Both the position numbers and the translations under genes were made by a program. From Chrysomallon squamiferum (taxonomy: Eukaryota > Animalia > Mollusca): DNA of 64,000 nt. The stretch spans positions 2,232,001 through 2,296,000 of the forward strand of contig CM022669.1 of assembly GCA_012295275.1 (NCBI GenBank), given 5' to 3'. Below the pieces are notes generated by a model. It was not told the DNA's origin and searched no databases. It saw only the letters and a list, made by a program, of their open reading frames with translations. Positions 11,523 through 26,026 of this stretch are shown in pieces (the first letter of the stretch is position 1; the number at the start of each line of letters is the position of its first letter).

Positions 11523-14473
11523 AAACGATTGAAACTTTCGTGTTTTTTTTTTTTTTTGAACGAATCGATTCATTGTATTGAAAGGTAGTCTCACATATAT
11601 TTACTGTTTCTCTGTTGTTGTAATAATATATAATTATTTCACTGAACCCATAACTTGTGTCCAATCCATCAGTTAATAAAACTTAGTTCTAAAAAAAATG
11701 AGGAAGGTTTTCCTTTAGATCTGATTAAGGTAAAATAAAACAGGTTCGCTATAATGTCTTTATTTTAATTTATTACTAATTATAATAATAGAATAAATAA
11801 AAACTATACAATAATTACAAAACAATTTGATAATAACACAACCTTTAATGCGTTATGGGTATTTTCCCTACCAAAAACGTTTACAGAATATAAAGTGTGC
11901 ATAACTGTTTCCTATTTCTTAAATTTGAATACCTATTTGAAATTTTTGTGATGTTCGGTCTAAACAAATTACCAACACAATTGTTATTAAAAATATATAT
12001 ATAAGATATATATTTTACTGTTTCTGTGTTGTTGTAATAATATATAATTATTTCACTGAACCTATAATTTATATTCCTACTTTAGCATAAATATCGCAAA
12101 ACAAATCTTTTTTTTTACTTTTTTTTTACTAAATTATATTTGTTCGCGATTAAAAAAAAATATATATAGTTATTTGTTTCATTCGTGTTTTTTGTTTTCA
12201 TTGATACATTAAAATAATCCATGATCCAAACAGAATATCACGAGGACGATATTTAGATATATATTTTTTTATTAATGATTAAATTGCTCAGTCAGGTATG
12301 TTAAAGTAGATGTGTATTGTCCAGGAACAAAACAAAGTATGTATTTTGTTGCTGTTAAGGTATACATAACTGAGAAAAGAATAACACGTGTTGTGACGCT
12401 CTAAATGATTTTGCTTCATTCATCTTAATTATATGAAATATTGAAAATTTAATATCTGTTAAAATTTAAATATATGGAGTGGAGAGGTTATTTAATAACA
12501 CACACATATATCATTTATCTACCAGATAGAAAAGGTTTGCTGGATATACGAATTAATCACCTTGATTAATTTACAAAATACAAAATGCAAAAACCATTCA
12601 GCTAATAATTCTTCAGAATTAACAATGCAATAAAAACAAACAAGAATTACGTGTTAATTTTTTTTATTAATGTTATTAAAATGAAACTGAAATCTTGCAA
12701 ATAAATGTAGAAAATTCTAATACATGAAAGAAATAGAAATAAATAAGAATTTGATCTGTTATATTGTTGAAAACATTTAACTATATTTACGCTATCTCAT
12801 GATCTAACAAGAAAAATATTTAACATAGGTGTTTTTATTCTAAAAAAATAATGTCCATCAGTATTTAGTCTATTCAACAAAATAAAATAAAAAATATATT
12901 ATTATGTTTTTTTTTATTGTTTTTTCATTTTTTTTTCATTTTTTTTTCATTTTTGAAAATCCATTACAAGAACAACTGTGACAACTATTATAAATACGAC
13001 AAACAAATATTACTGGTAGAAAATAATCGTTTGAAACTTTCAAAAACAAACCCTTATTTAAACTCACCATTTAAAAACATCACGAGATAAAACATACCCT
13101 GGCTTTATGGATCCCCTTAAAACGCCGTGTTAATCGAATATAAAATAACTTTTTTATGTCATTGTACCTTTTGTTGCTGTTTAACTGTTTAACATCAAAA
13201 AGAAAGAAAAAAATGACAGATGAAAATAAAATTAAAAATTAGAACTTTACAGTGCATTTAATATAAACTCTACATTTAAAATCAGCTTTAGTATTTTCCC
13301 CATTAAAATATCTATTCGGTTTCATCTTTGTTTAGAGTTTGCGTGTCAACACAGTTTTATTCTTACAAAATTTTAAAAATTCTCTTTATTTATAATGTAA
13401 TCAAGTAAGTCTTTCAAGGCGTCCAAACCAGTTAACTATAAAATTTATATCAGCTGTGGCTTCATTGGCTTCTAAGAGGAGAAAAGGCTTAAAGCTTTCA
13501 TTTTAATAGATCGATTCTGATTAATAGCTGCAATGTGGCTCCTGTTCGATCATTTATTCAGTTCGATTTTGAGTGGCTAATAAGGCATTTCAAAATAATA
13601 CTTGATATTTTTCCCTCTTTATCAAAATTGTTATTGTTACCATTATTACTGCCGCTTCGTTCTTCGCAAAAGCATGCTCGGTTTCCAAATTTGTTGTTAC
13701 ATTTTCGAATTGTAATTATTTCACGTTTTAATTTTAAGCTATATATCTTTAACCATTTTATAAAGTGAAATATATTCTCACTAATTCCTCTTATATACTG
13801 TTTATAAATTCTATGCGTGACAAAGATTATATGAAAGAGAGAAAGAAAAATAAAAAGAATGAAAATGAACTCTTCAGACCGCGGCGACACTTTGAGTGAC
13901 GTAAACCGTCTGTGGAATATCTTGAAGTTATTTAGTTTTATTATTCTTAGTCGAACCATTTTAAGCGAAATTTACTCAGTGCTAAATAAAAATAAGTTAG
14001 CAGTTTATAAACAGTGTATGCTCGAAAAACATTCTAACTGAAATAGTTTGCAGAGGGAACTTTTCCATACGTATATTAAAAAACAGAAATAATATTTTTT
14101 AAAAAAGCCTCTAATTTTTTTTAATTAATTTTATGGATAAAAGTCAATTAAAATGCCAGTAATATATTCCTGAGAAAGGTTTTACGTTTCCATATAATTT
14201 AATAAAATTTTAACTCATATATTTTTTAATTAATATCCTGAAAAATGAAAAAGAATAAACACAGAAAAAACCCACAACCCCCCCACCAAAATAAACAATA
14301 AAAGAAAAGAAAAAAAAACAACAACAAAAAACCCCGTAAGTCTGGTATTCAGTTGAAAATGTAAGTTTGATGATTAATTTGAGTTAATAATCAGAAGGTA
14401 TTTAATACTAAATAGTCTTGTAGGTACCAATAAGTTAAGAGGACACATGTAAATGTTAGCAACTTGCTAGTTG

Positions 14474-17400
14474 TCAGGGTTTGCTGAGCAGTGATGTAGC
14501 TGAAGCACTGACAGAGGATACAGAGACCAAGTCATCATTTGATGGTGTCCCACTGTGAACAAGATTTTTCAGTCTGTTCAAGTGAATTAGAGCCCTTTGA
14601 AAATAAAACAAATAACATCATTCTTTGTACACAGTAATACAGAAAAAGTTATCATTTCATTTTCTGCAGTAACTAAATAATTGGCTTTAACTAATCTAGT
14701 GTCTGTTTCATTGTTATCCCCAAATCTTGCTACATTTCTATAATATACTTTATTTCCTTCTACTACTGCTATTAATAATAGGATATTTAATATTAAATAT
14801 CATTAGTCATAGTTATTTTTTGATATTTCGTCTGTTAATATCAGTAAGTTATCTTCAATCTCTGCTATATTTGCAGAATACAATTTTCATTCCTCTCTGA
14901 ATGCATACATTATTTGTTGAAATTTATATGAAAGTATTATGGTTAAGAATAAATAAACTTATTACTAATTTACCTTTCCAGACTCTGACCACCAGGTTCT
15001 GCAACAAAGTTGTAATCTTTTAAAGCAGGCAGTGAGACAGGTGACACCCGGCCACGTCTCTGTTCATTCTGAAAACAAATAAATTACCAATATATTAATT
15101 CTTCATCTAACAAAACATTTTATTATTCAAGATCATTATTAAAAATATGATTTTCAAAATACAAATAATATTTTATGCAACAAAAAAAATGTTAGCCTGG
15201 TGAATTAGAGCTAAGCTTTTATTTTTATGTACAAAAGAAAAAAAAAATGAACAAAAAGAATGAGAAAGAAATATGTCACCTCATAATTTGAAAATTGTTC
15301 ATACTGTAACTTTATAAGCAAACAATAAGAACTCACTTCTGAGCTGAATTCTTTCCCTTTTGTTGAACTCTCTTCTGCTTGAAGTTTAAAAAGCATGTTT
15401 TTCAATGCTTCCATGCTGCCAGGTTGTTGTGAGCCAGTCAAAGTTGGAGACTAGAGATGAAACAAAATCTCAATCATTATTTGGAAATTAGGATGAAAAA
15501 TATGTTTTTATTCATGTGTATTTCTGAAATTAGTCTTCTTTGGATGGCAGTTTATTAGGGCAATAATATAATTGTTTAAGCATTATCCTTTCATCCTGAA
15601 CTTCAAACACAGTAATAATCAAACATATTTTATTTGCTTTTATCAGAAAATAAATTAGTGAAAATAACCATGCATACATTCCTATATAATTAAGTTCAAC
15701 ACCTCTTTTTCTTTAAGCTTTCCAGCCCTTATAACAACAAAAACAACATTTAACTGAGCTAGATATATAAAGTATAACTCACTGTCTTCATATTTAAACT
15801 TGGTCAATGGTATTTGTTTCTACCTTACTGGGCACAATGTGTAAATACACACAAACCATTAGAAAGGTACACACAAATGACCACTGCTGTCTGTAGAAAA
15901 TTTATGAAAAGGTCTGTTTGAATGCTCTGATAAGATATAAATTTATAACACTTTTCTCTCTCCCTCTTCCAACACACATATTTATTTGCACACACACCCA
16001 CAGCCTAACATATGAATAAAAAAACAAAAAAGTCATAATACCTTATGTGTATCCTGCTCCTTATTTTCAGAGGATCTTTCTTTTCTAAACAAAAATGAAC
16101 ACTGGTTTTTTAAATAACATATTTATTAATTGTTATTATTATTATAAAACAAATTAACTGTAAATACTCAAGTATGACAATTTATAATTCTAAAACAAAC
16201 AGTATATTGTATAACAAATTGCTACATAACTGGATTGTGATTGTTTACTTACTGACTGCCTGTGTTATGATCCCACATTCTGTGACTGTTGTGAACAACA
16301 CCAAATGCATGATTGGTGTGACTAGCTGGTTTGGCAGGAGTTGGAATGAAAGGTAAGTCATCAGAAACACCTGTAACACCTGTGTAATAATATTAATAAT
16401 AATAATAATAATAATCAATGAATAAATAAATAATAGCAATTTTGTAATAAGCAAAGTAATAACATATAATAACAACTAAAAAATAATAAATTAACAACCA
16501 AAAATTATTAAAATAACAATAACAAACAGAAATCTATTAATAATTATAATTTATCTACAATATAATGTGAAGAAAAAAAGAATTAGTAAGAAAATAAATA
16601 GCAAACAAGCAAACCAATCAATCAATCAATAAATAAATGAATAAGCAAGTAAATAAAAAAATTCCATTGAAACTAACTTTCAAATTACTGTTTACAAATA
16701 CAGTCGTCTTTATGTTTAATAGAAACAGCAAAAATAAATAAATAAGTTAAAAAATAAAATAAAAAGCCTACAATAGATCTTCTTGTACCTCTGATTTTTT
16801 GCTTTCTAACAAACATTATAAAAATTTATTTCATCTTGAGTTAACAAAACAGTGCTGATACATTTGATTTGTTGAAATTTTGGATCAATGCCTGATATTG
16901 TGAAATAGTTTTCAACAAAGAAAACACTGAATTCAACAGAAAATGTGTTTTTTAAAATCTACTTACTCAGATGGTCATGTTTGTTAATAGGACTAGCACC
17001 AGTAATATCAGATTTAATTTCAGCTTTTCCTGCTGATGAGGAGCAAGTCTCCATGCTAGAACATCGAGGCTTGTTCCTTCCCACTTCACAGGCTGACTTG
17101 TGATGTACATTTGAGGTCTGCTTGTCAAGTTCCTCCAGATATTTGTCCAGAGTTGTTTGGAGCTGTGATGATCTGGACAGCTCCAAATACATTGCATCTA
17201 AATATGGATTATCTCTGACTTTCTTTTTAGATTTTTCTACATCATCATTTGATTTGGTAAGGCTGTTCTCTTTGCCATTGAGGATTCTATTTCTCTCCTC
17301 TTCCAAAGCCAACACCTTTTGTGAATAAGCCCTTATTTCTTCTGATACATTTGCTTTTGTTAAAACATTTGGTTCACTAATGTTCAAATCAGAAAAATTT

Positions 17401-18742
17401 AAACCTGGTAAAGAATTACTAAAACCTGTTGTGTCAACTGCAGGCTTAGAAAATAAAACTTTCTTCTTCTTTTGATTAATTTCATCCAGTAAGTCAGAAT
17501 AACCTGATATGTCCAAATTTTCAGCTGCTTCCACCCATTTAGGAATTTCATTCCTGGTTGAGTTGTTTCTGCTCCAGTCAGGCTCACTCAGATTTTCTTC
17601 TTCAAGATTCTTCACCCAGCTAGGTGCTGTGGTAGTACATTCTGATATATCAAGATCATCTACCCAGCTTGGGTGTCGTTGAAGTGATGTAATCTGATGA
17701 TGACGATGAGAGGGCAGTGGTGGAGCTGACCTGCTCCTATTGTGATCTGCAACATGAGACAACTTCTCTCTAACAGAGACCTTTGGAGATTTCAAAATGT
17801 TAGGGGCCAAACCTTCTAATGAAGATCTTCTTGTATAGTCTATTGGTTTGAGTAGCTGAGATTTCAGAGTTATGCCATCAGCCAAGCTATCTACAGAAGA
17901 TCTTCTTATACATTCTAAAGTTTTTGGTAATTGTGATTTCAGAGGCACACTATCTATAGTTCTTGATCTACCTCGCTGAGTTCGGTAGGAGTATACATGG
18001 TGATGTCTACAGTCAAGATCACCAAGTTTTCTGCTTTCACTGTAGGGATCAATTGTTAACAAAGCCTCTGTGGTCAGACTACCAATGTCACTGACACATT
18101 TGATACTCTCTGTGTCTTCATTAACATGTTTTAACAAACTAGCTGACTTTGACAATGCTTCTTCAACTGAAAAAATAAAACATTTCATTAATAAAAAAAT
18201 AAACATAATCAAAATGTGAAAATAATAGTTTTTTTGGATAAATTAAGGCTTGTCATTCCAAACTGTATAACCTTTATAAAACAGAAAAAAATACAACATT
18301 AATAGAAATATTTTTTACAAGGTGTGTACAACAAACACTATTATATTACCATAACAACAACAAATTTTAACACATTAATGTTTTTGGAAAAGAATAATAA
18401 TACATTACCTTCTTGTTGGAGGGCTGAACCATGGAGACGTCTGTCAACTGCCTGCTTCATCTTCTGAATCTTTATTCTTTGTAACCGTTCTTGTAAATCG
18501 CTGTCAATGTTGTTGGTCCTAACAGCAGTATGTGGTTTAACTGCTTGTTTTGACAACAAAAGCTCATAGGCATCTTGCTGTTTTTTAGTACGTTTCTTCT
18601 CATCAAACTGTTGTAGGTAAGCAAGCAGAGCTTCTGATGCTGACTGGAACTCTCGACTTCCAACCACAATTCTTCCAGATGTGCACTGAATGCGACATTT
18701 TGGAAGACACTTCATTGCAGAAACTGATGTCTTGTTAGTCAT
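14474..18742 (-). CDS. C18orf54: LAS2 / C18orf54-like protein (lung adenoma susceptibility protein 2 family), ~677 aa, 7 coding exons
   Basis: Exons 18409-18742, 16967-18166, 16253-16379, 16042-16084, 15337-15450, 14974-15068, 14474-14594; GT-AG with consistent phases; 2034 nt ending TGA. Motifs recalled from vertebrate LAS2 occur in the same order: FQSASEALLAYLQQFD, IGSLTTEALL, PKWV...LDISG, PGSMEALKNMLFKLQ, QSLERALIHLNRLKNLV. An in-frame TAA (18782-18784) upstream supports the ATG at 18742. Confidence 0.8.
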
Positions 18743-19549
18743 GTATGTAAAATTTTCATCATTACCCAGACCCTCTGAGAATTAATTCAGACTGAAAAGA
18801 AAACCAAACAATTATATGATAAAAGGTGAACAAATAAATGAATTGATAATCAAAATCTCCAAACATTTTAATATTCTCAGATATTATCATTCAGAATGAT
18901 GATACAACTGAAAAAAATCATGTGCAACAATTTTTAAAACAGAATATTCAGTCCTTTACTTGTTATTCCAAAAGAAAATAATTTAAAAATCAAATTGTGC
19001 ATGTAACAATAGCATTTGGATTAAAAATTGCTGTTTTAATACTTTGCACAGTATTCTACAAATGTTAATATTACATTTGAAAATATATTTCTATGTGAAG
19101 ACCCTGAAATTTAAAAAAAAAAACAGGATTGATTTCTGTTTACTATAAATAAATATTTATTGCTGCAGTAGAAATGTTTAGAAAAAAAGACAGTGCAATA
19201 AAATTTTACAGCTAACTCTAAATCACTTGTAGGTGTTCTGCTCTAGAATAGTTTTAGGAAAAAAGAAAAGAAAAATATATCAATGGTTGGATTTCATTCT
19301 GATGTAAAACTCACTGCATTAAAATGGTAAATTAATTTTATTCTTATTAATTTTCTTTCATAAATAAAACAGAAAAAGAATTTAATAAAATAAAATAATA
19401 AAAAATAAAATAAATATTAACTAACAAAAATTTAGAACATAAATATAATAAATAAGAAAAGCTAATTTAACACGCATTGGTATACTTTCATTTTAATTCT
19501 CCCAAAATAATTCTAATTTACCATGAACATAAATAAATAAATAAATAAC

Positions 19550-19602
<53 letters not shown>

Positions 19603-19625
19603 TAATAATTCTTATTCTTATTCTG

Positions 19626-19658
<33 letters not shown>

Positions 19659-20912
19659 AGCATCATCATAATAAAAAACATTTAAATCTAAATAACATAC
19701 TCTAGTATTCATATTACTTATCTAATGATTGTACACTTGGATATTTGTCTCATGCTCACAAAGGCATGTCTGGAAAAACACACCCTAAAGCTGTACAATT
19801 GGAAGATACTATATCTCTGAACCTGTGATTTTAAGATTACATATGGATACAACTGTATAAAAAATCATTGAAGTGTGTATAAAACATTAATCCTACAGGG
19901 ATTAGTATTTTCAAAAGCCATGTCGAATCTTACAAACACACCTTGAGCTTGGATCTTCAACTGCCGTCCTGCAATTGTCTGCTTTGGAAAATCACCAACA
20001 TAAGTAGTAATGAAATGACATATGCTGGATAGGTGTTCATTGAAGCTTAACATAACATTTTAATCCCCAATATAAAGCTGCACTGGTTATGGGGCTGAAC
20101 TCTTTGGATTCCAAAGCACTTTCCATCAAGTAGAATTTTTAAGCAAAATACTAAAATATTATTCCACTTACTAAGTAAACAGAATGCAGAATAAAACCAA
20201 ACACGTGTTGAAGTTAAACAAATTGATAAGACCACTGATATTTCTTTTATCATACAAAGAGGGCTATGAAAATTATGACTAATTCCATTAAAGAAGGCAA
20301 CATTCTGTGACAGTAAATTTGCATGTTTTTCATGTTTTATGGGCACATTTTAATATTTTGTACTTTCATAAATATATTTTATTACAGTTAATGTTATTTA
20401 TTGAATGAAGTCACTATCATGATAAATTCCATTAATATTCAAAAATGAAATCATAGTTAGAGTAAAACTACATTATTTTTTAATGTTTTATTTTGCACAA
20501 ATCTCAACTTTGTTAAATATATTTTATTAGAATCTATATTCTAGTTCACTAATGACTGACTTGCTTGTAAAATTTAAAATATTCAAAACAAAATAAAATC
20601 TATAATATTTTTAATGTTCTGAACATTCATGTATAATGGAGTATTGATTTAAATCTTATTTTCGTAACATTCCAGGAAATTAATTTATTTTAAGGACAGA
20701 ATTAGGTAGATTTATAACAAAACTTTCAAGAGACAAACTTCTGGGAAAAACAGCAGTAAATGTGAGAAAAAAACAATAAATAAAACAAATTATCTACATA
20801 ATCAAAGTTAACCTTTCTGGTGCTGGTCACAAACTCCACCCCCCCACCTGACACATTCACACACAAATCTTTTACACGCACCTACTCACACACAAATACA
20901 TACATACATACT

Positions 20913-20916
<4 letters not shown>

Positions 20917-20950
<34 letters not shown>
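20917..20950. repeat. (CA)n microsatellite
   Basis: Dinucleotide run. Confidence 0.9.
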
Positions 20951-20954
<4 letters not shown>

Positions 20955-23647
20955 TATATAAATAATCAAAAGACTCTTTATTTCTGCAAATTAACCATCA
21001 TATACTTACTCTCATTGATCTCTTACCTTTGGGAACAAATTACTATGAGTGTTTATTTCTGAAGAACTTTCAAGTTAAAAACTGTCAAGCAACACTAATG
21101 GTATGAAACTGAATCCAACAGAAAAAGAAGAATTACTCAATAACTTCAATTTATAAAAAATAAAATAAAAAATTGTACCCAACAACTTAATGAGCCTTAA
21201 CGAGGTAGATGTCTTTGCAACATACCTGGTGAACTACCAGTGTGAAATAAACTTAACATAGCATAGCACAACACAGGCACTTGTATATTTATATAGACAT
21301 CTTAAAGAGAGCTTGGCTAACCCGCTGACCCAAAATCAGATAAAATATTCTCTTGACAATCAAACAGTTGAGGACTGACAAGTCTCTACTTGAATATACC
21401 CTCAGTTTATGGCCAGTCATTTTCATCAAGTCACTTCATAAGCAGTAATGACAGAAGTAGTAAAATTCATACTTTGTTTACATTAAAATACTATAAAATA
21501 CTATATAGGTGAGTTTATCTGTTATGCGATATTGTAATGAGAAAAAATAAACCTTTGGATTTGAAAAGTTTATAATTTGTAATTAATGTATATTAGCTTT
21601 CCTAACAAAATTTTTTAAAAAGATTTTATCATTCAGTTTAAAGTTTGGTAGATTGCTGAAAGTTTTAAATCTAGTACAAGCTGAAAATGAAAAAAAATCC
21701 AAAATGTGGATATATAATGGAAAATATCTTTGCCTTTAGAACCAAGCATTTGTTTATTATATAAATCATTTTAATAAAATTAATAATCTTAACCTCAAAC
21801 TGCTTTAATCAAACTGATAAATTTAGTTTCAAATTATTTCAAGCCAAATGTTTTGATTTTAACACATTTAAACAAATCAATAAATTTAGACTGAAATAAT
21901 TTAAAACAGAAACATAAATTTAGATTGAAACAATTTTAATTCAAACAATAAACCTCGATTCGAATCATTTGTAACAAATTAGTAACTTTAGATCATATCA
22001 ATACATTTATATCAATATCCGTTTACTTCAGTCTTAAAACAATAAACCAGGTCTTTCAAACTAAAATAATTTTAATCCAGTATTTATTCTTGGACTCACT
22101 TTTTTCATACCTGTAATTCTTGATCAGTTTAAAACTTTTGTACGAACTTCACTAAGGCAGACCCACTTCACCAGTGAACAGCAAAAATAGAGGGACTACA
22201 TCATGGGGATTAAATAGGATTTCACACACAAAGAGTAGAGATTACAACAACAATATCACTGTGTATTAAGTTGTCTTTAATAGATTCTTGAAATCCAAAG
22301 AGGTCAAAATGTTTTCCAAATCTCTTCTTTCAAAAAGCAGATAATATATTCAACCAGTGGCAATTGAAAATCGGGTGAAAAGTATGTATGACAAATTATA
22401 ACACCAAAAGCTGGACCTGCCTTAAGAAAATAATGCAGACTATATTATCAAGTAACAAAATGATGTGAATACACCAAACATTGCCTAGGATCAGTTTCAA
22501 GTACCTGGGTCTTGGGAACCGGACTTGTACCTTGATATGTATAAGAAAGTAAGAAGACATCATAATAAAGAGCTATATTTCATCATGACAGCTGTCACTG
22601 CAGAACAATGTTTCTAACCAACTATCACTAATTTTTACCACACTCAATGGTTTACAGCAATTGACTGATAAGGTTAATTTCTTAAATCTGGTCACTAGAT
22701 TCTTATCTTCTGAAGTACAAGTTATTAACAGTTTAAATCAGCATAACCATTACAATTATTTGATATTTTAATTCATACAACCATAACCCATTTAACAACT
22801 TCTGAACAAAGAGTAATTGCTTTAACAGTTATAACAGAATACTCCTGGTATTCATTTTTCCTTCAGTTCAATGCAATGCTTGGATATCATCTATTTATTC
22901 TGTAGTTAAAGTATTTGTCATAATTTGCAAGAGTGGTAAAGTCACAAAACAAACAGAAAGAAACCATTTCCGTTACAATACACAATTCATGCTCAGGCTT
23001 CACAAATTTTTATGAATTATTTGTTAGCATTACAGTATGAGAAAACAATTTTAATTTTTTTTTTTAAATAATTAAAAAAAAAAAGAAAAGAAGTTTATGA
23101 TGGTTATAATTTAAAGTAACAGTATAATTTAATCTTAAAATTTTGGAATCTGACAAAAAAAATTAAAAACTGCTCAGTGCAGGGTGTACACTTAATGTCA
23201 GTAGAAAAGCTGATTTTGAGAAGTATGTGAGAACAAAAAATGTGCTGGAAGTTTTAACAGTCGTCGCTAGGTGAGTGCAGACATTCAACAGGAAGTATGT
23301 GTTTTAACACAAATGTTTGCTGAAAATTTTAATCTAGTAACTAGAGAAAACACTAAATCTGCAAACAAGATGCTCGTGTCTATCAAATGATTGTCCATTA
23401 CATCTCACTAAAATACCCACAACTGAAAAATCTTGTCACAAAATTTATACTGAATAATATCCAGATTAACAAACTACTTTGTTATCAAATTTTTTTTTAC
23501 AACAGAACTTTTATACTTTTTGATGGATATTATAAAATGATTCTTTTATACCTATTTTTATCTGGTATCTATAATAATCCATGCCTTAGTGCCTGCCTGT
23601 CTATTTATCCAGTTTTATTTATTTGTTTGTTTTTTTATTTATCTATT

Positions 23648-23700
<53 letters not shown>
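23648..23700. repeat. (GA)n microsatellite
   Basis: Dinucleotide run with one interruption. Confidence 0.9.
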
Positions 23701-23703
<3 letters not shown>

Positions 23704-24369
23704 GTGAAAATACTTCAAATAACTTAAATTTCTTTTTGTGTGTATGTGTGTGTATGTGTCTAAACACCAACAGTGATATATGATTACAAAGAACATGACT
23801 TGTTTATATTATACACAGGTGTTCTGTTTTAAACATTTCTATACACCTAACAAACACTGGAATAACCCATTAATCCCATGTCAAACACTGAACAAATGCT
23901 ATCAGTTTTAACTTGAACAGTTCAAAATTATTTTCACATGCTTTACAAAACTGCTATCAGATTTTTGGTATCTGAATCAGTATTTCAAGAAAATAAACAT
24001 CCACAAAAAAGATGAACAACCCTGGTAAATGATTTCAAAATATTTGCTTGGATTGATATTATACATGGCAAAAACTATATTGTTAAAAAAGACTTTTAAA
24101 AACCTAAAATAATAAATACAAATAAATAAAAATAAATGAATCTGTTTAAATCATATTGTAAAAAGCCATCCAACATGTCATTATTACTGCCTGGAGTGAA
24201 AATGAATATTTGTGTATAAACTAGCATAAAATTTTACAAAAAAACCCAGTAGATCCGGGAAATATTTATTATTATTATTATTATTTATTATTATTGTTTT
24301 TTTTAAATATCACTAAAAATATGATTAAATAAACTGAAATTAAGATATTATCGTTTCTGTTTCCATACA

Positions 24370-24944
24370 CAGGGTGTCCCAAAAGTAATTGAACCGCAAA
24401 CTTAACTAAAATTTAATTCCATCTTTTATGTCATTTTATGTTATCTTTTGTACTATTCATTTACTTCTGTCAGTAGTAGTAGTCTTCGGAATGATTTTTG
24501 TTACCTGACTGTAGTGTTCTTCGTGATCGAGACTTCTGTTTTAGCACTCGCTACTGGACTCTCCATGGTTTGACTTGAAATGGTACCCTCACTCTTAAAA
24601 ATGCAGTGAAGAACTTTAGATTTAAACGAACGTATCTTCGTTATTAAGAATTACTATGCAATGACTAGCTACAAGCATGTTGAAGAAAGATGGGAAGTAA
24701 ACTTTAGAAAACCTGTACCAAATAAATTGACAATGTTCAATCTGGTATCCAAATTTGAAGTAACTGGAAGTGTGTCAAATGCTCCTAAAAAGGTCATCCA
24801 AAAACAGTTCATTCACCTGAAAACAAGGATTTAGTGGCAGCTGCATTTGAACATTAGTAAATACTAAATATACAGATCAAATTTGTTGTTTTTAATAAAT
24901 AATTTTATTTAAGTTTGCAGTTCAGTTACTTTTGGGACACCCTG
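24370..24944 (+). mobile_element. Non-autonomous Tc1/mariner deletion derivative retaining a decayed N-terminal HTH (DUF4817-like) fragment
   Basis: TIRs CAGGGTGTCCCAAAAGTAATTGAACCGCAAACTT / AAGTTTGCAGTTCAGTTACTTTTGGGACACCCTG, TA on the right flank. 24601-24857 reads MQ*RTLDLNERIFVIKNYY...PVPNKLTMFNLVSKFEVTGSVSNAPK and, after a frameshift, GHPKTVHSPENKDLV. No catalytic domain remains. Confidence 0.85.
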
Positions 24945-25179
24945 TATTTATATAACTAATTAATTAATTACCTCAAGATCATTTTTTTTCCTGATGTATA
25001 GTATAAAAATCTTTTAAAACTTTGGAAATAACAGTTTTTCCTACTTGTACTTCAAAAACAGGTTCCAGGCTCAAGTAAGGTAAGTAAAACTGTAGCTTTG
25101 AAAATACTGTAAATGTGTAAAAAGTTAAGATCATCCAAAATGATCAGTAAGGCATTTTTGAGTTAAAACTCACTGATGG

Positions 25180-26026
25180 GCCTGATTTAAGGTTAATTTA
25201 GGTTTTAGATTTTTGAAATTATATTAATACTGCTAGTATGGTTTTTATGGGGTTCCACCCAATACCACAAAGAAACTCTGCTACAGTCTTGCAATTCTCA
25301 AGGTGATTGACACACAAGTTTCGAGAGACGCTCTTGCAGCTGGATGTAGCATCAACGAACCTGGTGTCGAGGTGAATTGTCAGCCACATCCTGCTGGATG
25401 ATGGTGCCCACTGTTGCCTGCTCACATTGAAACCATTCAATAACTTGCCAGGATGGTGGTAGCCCACAAGGTTGAAGAACATAGTGTTCCAATCTTCACA
25501 CAAGTTGTTTGTACAAGGATTATTGTTCATGGTGGCATCATGAACATTCCACAGGGCAGGAGCAAACATTGGTGGAACACTCTGAGCTGAGTACTGGGCC
25601 TGTCTGCTGACCGCTGAGTCTGTTGGAAAGAACCACTGATCTATGTACGATCAAAGTACGTAAGTAAGTCCTCATGTGTCAGATGATAGAAGAATCTCTT
25701 ATTTGTAACATGATGACCAAAGACATCAAGGACAGCTCACATTACACCATCCTCAAAGTCCTCTATCCTAATCAGTATGCTAAACCCAAGCAAGACCCAA
25801 TGTGAAGATTCTTTCTTTAATACTGCCTAATTAACAAGTGTAACAATTCACCAACCCTGCACAATATGATACCGGTTTCGTTAATGTAGCCTAATCAATA
25901 AGCTTAACAATCACCCCATGCATACTATGATGTCACATTCAATACTCTACAAACCCATTCATTTCCTGTGACTTTTTTCCTACACTAAATTGTGACTTTT
26001 TTCTGTGACTTTTTTTCCAGTCACTG
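25180..26026 (-). mobile_element. Degenerate Mutator-like (MULE) transposon fragment
   Basis: Minus strand gives EDLLTYFDRT*ISG...MFAPALWNVHDATMNNNPCTNNLCEDWN..FFNLVGYHHP / WQVIEWFQ...LQERLRNLC...KTVAEFLCGIGWN with frameshifts and stops, matching the C-terminal part of animal MULE transposases. Repeated GTGACTTTTTT(T)CC units at 25968-26026 suggest a terminus. Boundaries approximate. Confidence 0.75.

Noticed and set aside
11596-12068. ~55-bp dispersed direct repeat (11596-11650 and ~12008-12062)
   Set aside because: Short AT-rich local duplication with no LTR, TIR or TSD features.
22490-22530. SFKYLG-like reading suggesting a LINE reverse-transcriptase remnant
   Set aside because: Only six residues, with no supporting flanking similarity.
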